Shown here piece by piece: positions 42,449 through 45,067 of a stretch of DNA of 45,067 nt (positions within the stretch are counted from its first letter, which is position 1; every line of letters begins with the position of its first letter). The position numbers were made by a program, and so were the translations under genes. This DNA comes from Candidatus Methylacidiphilaceae bacterium UBA1321 (lineage in GTDB: Bacteria > Verrucomicrobiota > Verrucomicrobiia > Methylacidiphilales > UBA1321): assembly GCA_002306945.1 (NCBI GenBank), contig DBTH01000079.1, positions 476-45,542 on the forward strand, in the 5' to 3' direction. A model generated the notes under the pieces. It had not been told where the DNA came from and made no database searches. It saw only the letters and a list, made by a program, of their open reading frames with translations.

Positions 42449-43975
42449 TCAATGGCTCAACAAAAGTTTCACCGCAGGCGAAATCGTCTGCTGGAGGGCG
42501 GTCGGGAAAAATCCCAAAAACAACAGGGCCGCCATTAACAAAATATAAGGACTGCGTTGAACAAAGCCGGTCAGATCCGTCACCTTGTCGTAGCGCACGG
42601 GCAGTTCACCGAAGAAAATCCGGCGCACGGCGCGCAGTTGGTAAACCGCTCCCAGAACAATTCCCCACAGGGCGAGAATCACCACGAAGTTCGGAACGTA
42701 GGCGCTCTTGAAGGAGCCGAAGAAAATCATCAATTCGCCGGGGAAGTTGGCCAGTCCGGGCAGACCGATCGATGCCAGCGAACCGATCAGGAACGAGACC
42801 GCGAGGAAAGGCGCGCGCTGGGCCAGACCGCCGAGTTCCTTGAAGCGGTTTTCTCCGGTACGCTGTTGGATTTCACCCGCAAGACCGAACAGCAGGGCCG
42901 CGCTCAGGCCGTGGCCAACCATGAGAATCACCACGCCGGTCAGACTCGTCTGGGTGAGGGCCGCAATGCCGAGGAAGAGATAGCCCATGTGCATCACGCT
43001 GGAAAAACCGAGCATGAGCTGGATTTCTTTCTGCGCGAGGGTCACCAAACCGATGAGCAAGATATTGCCGAGCAGGAGAACCAACAGCCAGGTCTGCCAA
43101 TGTTCCATGCCGCCGGGGAGTAAAGGAACGGCGATTCGCAGCAGGCCGTAAAGGCCGAATTTCTTGAGCACGCCCGCATGAATCATCGCCGCCGAGGGCG
43201 GAGCCGAAGCGTAGCCGGGAGCCGCCCACGAGTGGAACGGGAAGAGGGAAATGAGAACACCGAAACCGGCCAGCACGAGGGCGTAGATGACGCTCTGGGA
43301 ATGTTGGCTCAGGGGGATGTTGTGCAGGTAAGCCTGAATTTGGACGAGATCGAACGTCGGGCGATAGGTCGGATCGCCGCCACCGACGACGAAAACCAGC
43401 GCGAGCAAGCCGCCGAGCAGAACCAGGCTGCCGAGGGTCAGATACAGGGCCATCTGCATGCTGGCGAATTGCCGGTTCTGCGTGCCCCAGATGCCGATCA
43501 GCAGGAAGGTCGGAATGAGGGCGAATTCGTGGAAAATGTAGAGGAAGAACAGGTCGAACGACAGGAACGCACCGAGCGCGCCCAGCAGCATGAGGAGCAG
43601 GTAGATGAAGAATTCGCGCGGACGGCGGATGTCTTCAGGAACAATGACAATCGCCGCGAGGCAAACCGTCACGGTCAGAAGAAGGAGCGGCAGATTGATG
43701 CCGTCGAGGCCGATGTGGAAACGGATTTCCGGCAGGCCGGGCAGGTGCACCCACGGGATGTCGGTAATCATCTGTAAACCGGTCAGGCGCGGATCGAAAT
43801 ACATCCACGCGACCAACGCGAGAGAGAAGTCGAGCAACGCCGCCACCGTGGCGACGACCTTGGGGGCATTCGGGAAAGACAGGGGGCCGATCCGAACCGG
43901 GCCAACCAAAATCAGACCGATCGCCGCGACCGGGATCACGAGCAGCAATAGAAGGAGATAGGAGGAATCAACCAT
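42449..43975 (-). CDS. nuoM: NADH-quinone oxidoreductase subunit M
   Basis: 508 aa polytopic antiporter-like subunit (WAAPGYASAPPSAAMIHAGVLKKFGLYG), located between nuoL and nuoN. Confidence 0.9.
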   Translation of the reverse strand: MVDSSYLLLLLLVIPVAAIGLILVGPVRIGPLSFPNAPKVVATVAALLDFSLALVAWMYFDPRLTGLQMITDIPWVHLPGLPEIRFHIGLDGINLPLLLLTVTVCLAAIVIVPEDIRRPREFFIYLLLMLLGALGAFLSFDLFFLYIFHEFALIPTFLLIGIWGTQNRQFASMQMALYLTLGSLVLLGGLLALVFVVGGGDPTYRPTFDLVQIQAYLHNIPLSQHSQSVIYALVLAGFGVLISLFPFHSWAAPGYASAPPSAAMIHAGVLKKFGLYGLLRIAVPLLPGGMEHWQTWLLVLLLGNILLIGLVTLAQKEIQLMLGFSSVMHMGYLFLGIAALTQTSLTGVVILMVGHGLSAALLFGLAGEIQQRTGENRFKELGGLAQRAPFLAVSFLIGSLASIGLPGLANFPGELMIFFGSFKSAYVPNFVVILALWGIVLGAVYQLRAVRRIFFGELPVRYDKVTDLTGFVQRSPYILLMAALLFLGFFPTALQQTISPAVKLLLSH

Positions 43976-43978
43976 AGG

Positions 43979-45067
43979 TCAGCGCAGAAGCGAGTGGAAA
44001 AGGGTGAAGTAGATAATCAGGAGAGTGCCAAAGCTGAAGAGAATGGCGTAAGCCTGCAAGCTGCCGGTCTGGAACAGGCGCAACACTTCGCCGCTCACGT
44101 TCGCCACGAAAGCCGAACCGCGGACGCAGAAGCCACTCAAAATCCAGTTGTCGATCCAGGCCAGGATGCGCGCAATCGCCTGCTGGAACTTGATTGGGCC
44201 CTTCTCGTAAATTTCGTCGATGTAGAATTTGTTTGCGAGGAGCGAAATCGGCAGAGGTTCGGTATCGGCGCTCTTGTAGCGCCAGATCGCGAGAATGCCA
44301 CCCAGAAGGAATGCGCCCGCCGAAAGCACCATTGTCGTCAGGTGCATCGGATTGGGTTCGGCTTCGTGACCGTTCTCGATGTACTGCAAAATCCCGATGT
44401 AAGCGCCAATGACCGAGAGTACCGCGAGCGCAATCAGCGGCAAGGTCATCACCTTCGGCGATTCGTGCGGATGCTCGGCCTTCTCGGTGCGCGGCTTGTT
44501 GAAGAAGGCCACGAGAATGAGTCGGCCCATGTAGAACGCCGTCAGGAACGCCGTCGCCAGACCGACCACATAGAGGCCGCGATGCTGTGCGAACGTCGCG
44601 AGGATGATTTCATCCTTGCTGAAGAAACCGGACAGACCGGGGCAACCGGTCAACGCGAGGGTGCCGATGAGGAACGTCCAGAACGTGACGGGAATCTTGT
44701 TCCAGAGACCGCCCATCTTCCAGATGTCCTGCTCTTCATGCAGGGCGTGAATGACGGAACCAGCGCCGAGGAACAGGAGCGCCTTGAAGAAAGCGTGCGT
44801 GGTCAGGTGGAACATCGCCGCGTGCGGCGCGGCCACACCGACGGCCATAACCATGTAACCCAACTGCGAGAGGGTCGAATAGGCGAGAATGCGCTTGATG
44901 TCGTTCTGCTGCGTCGCGATCAACGCCGCGAACAACGCGGTGAATCCGCCGATGTAGGCGATCACGTCCAGCGCGTGGGCGGAAAGGAGAAGCACCGGGA
45001 AGATGCGGGCCAGCATGTAAACGCCCGCAGCAACCATTGTCGCGGCATGGATGAGGGCCGAGACCGG
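43979..45067 (-). CDS. nuoL: NADH-quinone oxidoreductase subunit L, C-terminal part (5' end outside the window)
   Basis: The frame stays open to base 45067 (…SALIHAATMVAAGVYM… is the conserved NuoL block). A C-terminal lateral helix and a last TM segment are present. Confidence 0.9.
   Translation of the reverse strand, partial: PVSALIHAATMVAAGVYMLARIFPVLLLSAHALDVIAYIGGFTALFAALIATQQNDIKRILAYSTLSQLGYMVMAVGVAAPHAAMFHLTTHAFFKALLFLGAGSVIHALHEEQDIWKMGGLWNKIPVTFWTFLIGTLALTGCPGLSGFFSKDEIILATFAQHRGLYVVGLATAFLTAFYMGRLILVAFFNKPRTEKAEHPHESPKVMTLPLIALAVLSVIGAYIGILQYIENGHEAEPNPMHLTTMVLSAGAFLLGGILAIWRYKSADTEPLPISLLANKFYIDEIYEKGPIKFQQAIARILAWIDNWILSGFCVRGSAFVANVSGEVLRLFQTGSLQAYAILFSFGTLLIIYFTLFHSLLR

Overview
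This is a high-GC bacterial chromosomal segment with 37 supportable protein-coding genes. I found no rRNA, tRNA, CRISPR array, transposase or integrase. The gene content suggests a PVC-superphylum (Verrucomicrobiota-like) organism, but that is inference only. It rests on two PEP-CTERM proteins, two prepilin-type 'H-X9-DG' pseudopilin-like proteins and autotransporter-associated beta-strand repeats.

Layout, left to right:
- 1-2035: the tail of a kdp K+ uptake operon (kdpB', kdpC), followed by a kinase-less KdpD N-terminal/USP protein.
- 2741-7049 and 12370-19726: two minus-strand operons with similar composition. Each combines a secreted beta-sandwich protein, an HX9DG pseudopilin-like protein, a beta-helix or CAZyme, and a PEP-CTERM protein.
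- Interleaved with and following those operons: LacI, AraC and GntR-type regulators; a GH63-like hydrolase; a URO-D-like protein; and amino-sugar catabolism genes (GH3, long NagB, Gfo/Idh/MocA).
- 26532-30746: housekeeping genes (a second AraC regulator, GT4, argA, gamma-carbonic anhydrase).
- 31059-35952: a late flagellar operon, fliD - unknown ORF - fliS - CgeB-like glycosyltransferase - secreted protein. It has a good sigma-28 promoter match.
- 36133-39756: a REC-PAS-PAS-HK-REC hybrid kinase and an HDOD protein.
- 40985-45067: nuoN, nuoM and nuoL'.

Items most worth follow-up:
- The recurring pseudopilin + PEP-CTERM + CAZyme operon architecture.
- A 12-nt motif, TATAACAGATTG, found at five sites in its AT-rich promoter regions.
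- A PEP-CTERM gene split from its signal-peptide-bearing upstream half by one stop codon and a +1 frame change.
- An uncharacterised ~150-aa domain shared by two proteins.
- A run of four strong palindromes between argA and the GT4 gene.
- An unassigned ORF that directly abuts fliD, with no gap between the fliD stop and its ATG.

All functional calls come from reading the translated ORFs for family-typical motifs. No database search was run.
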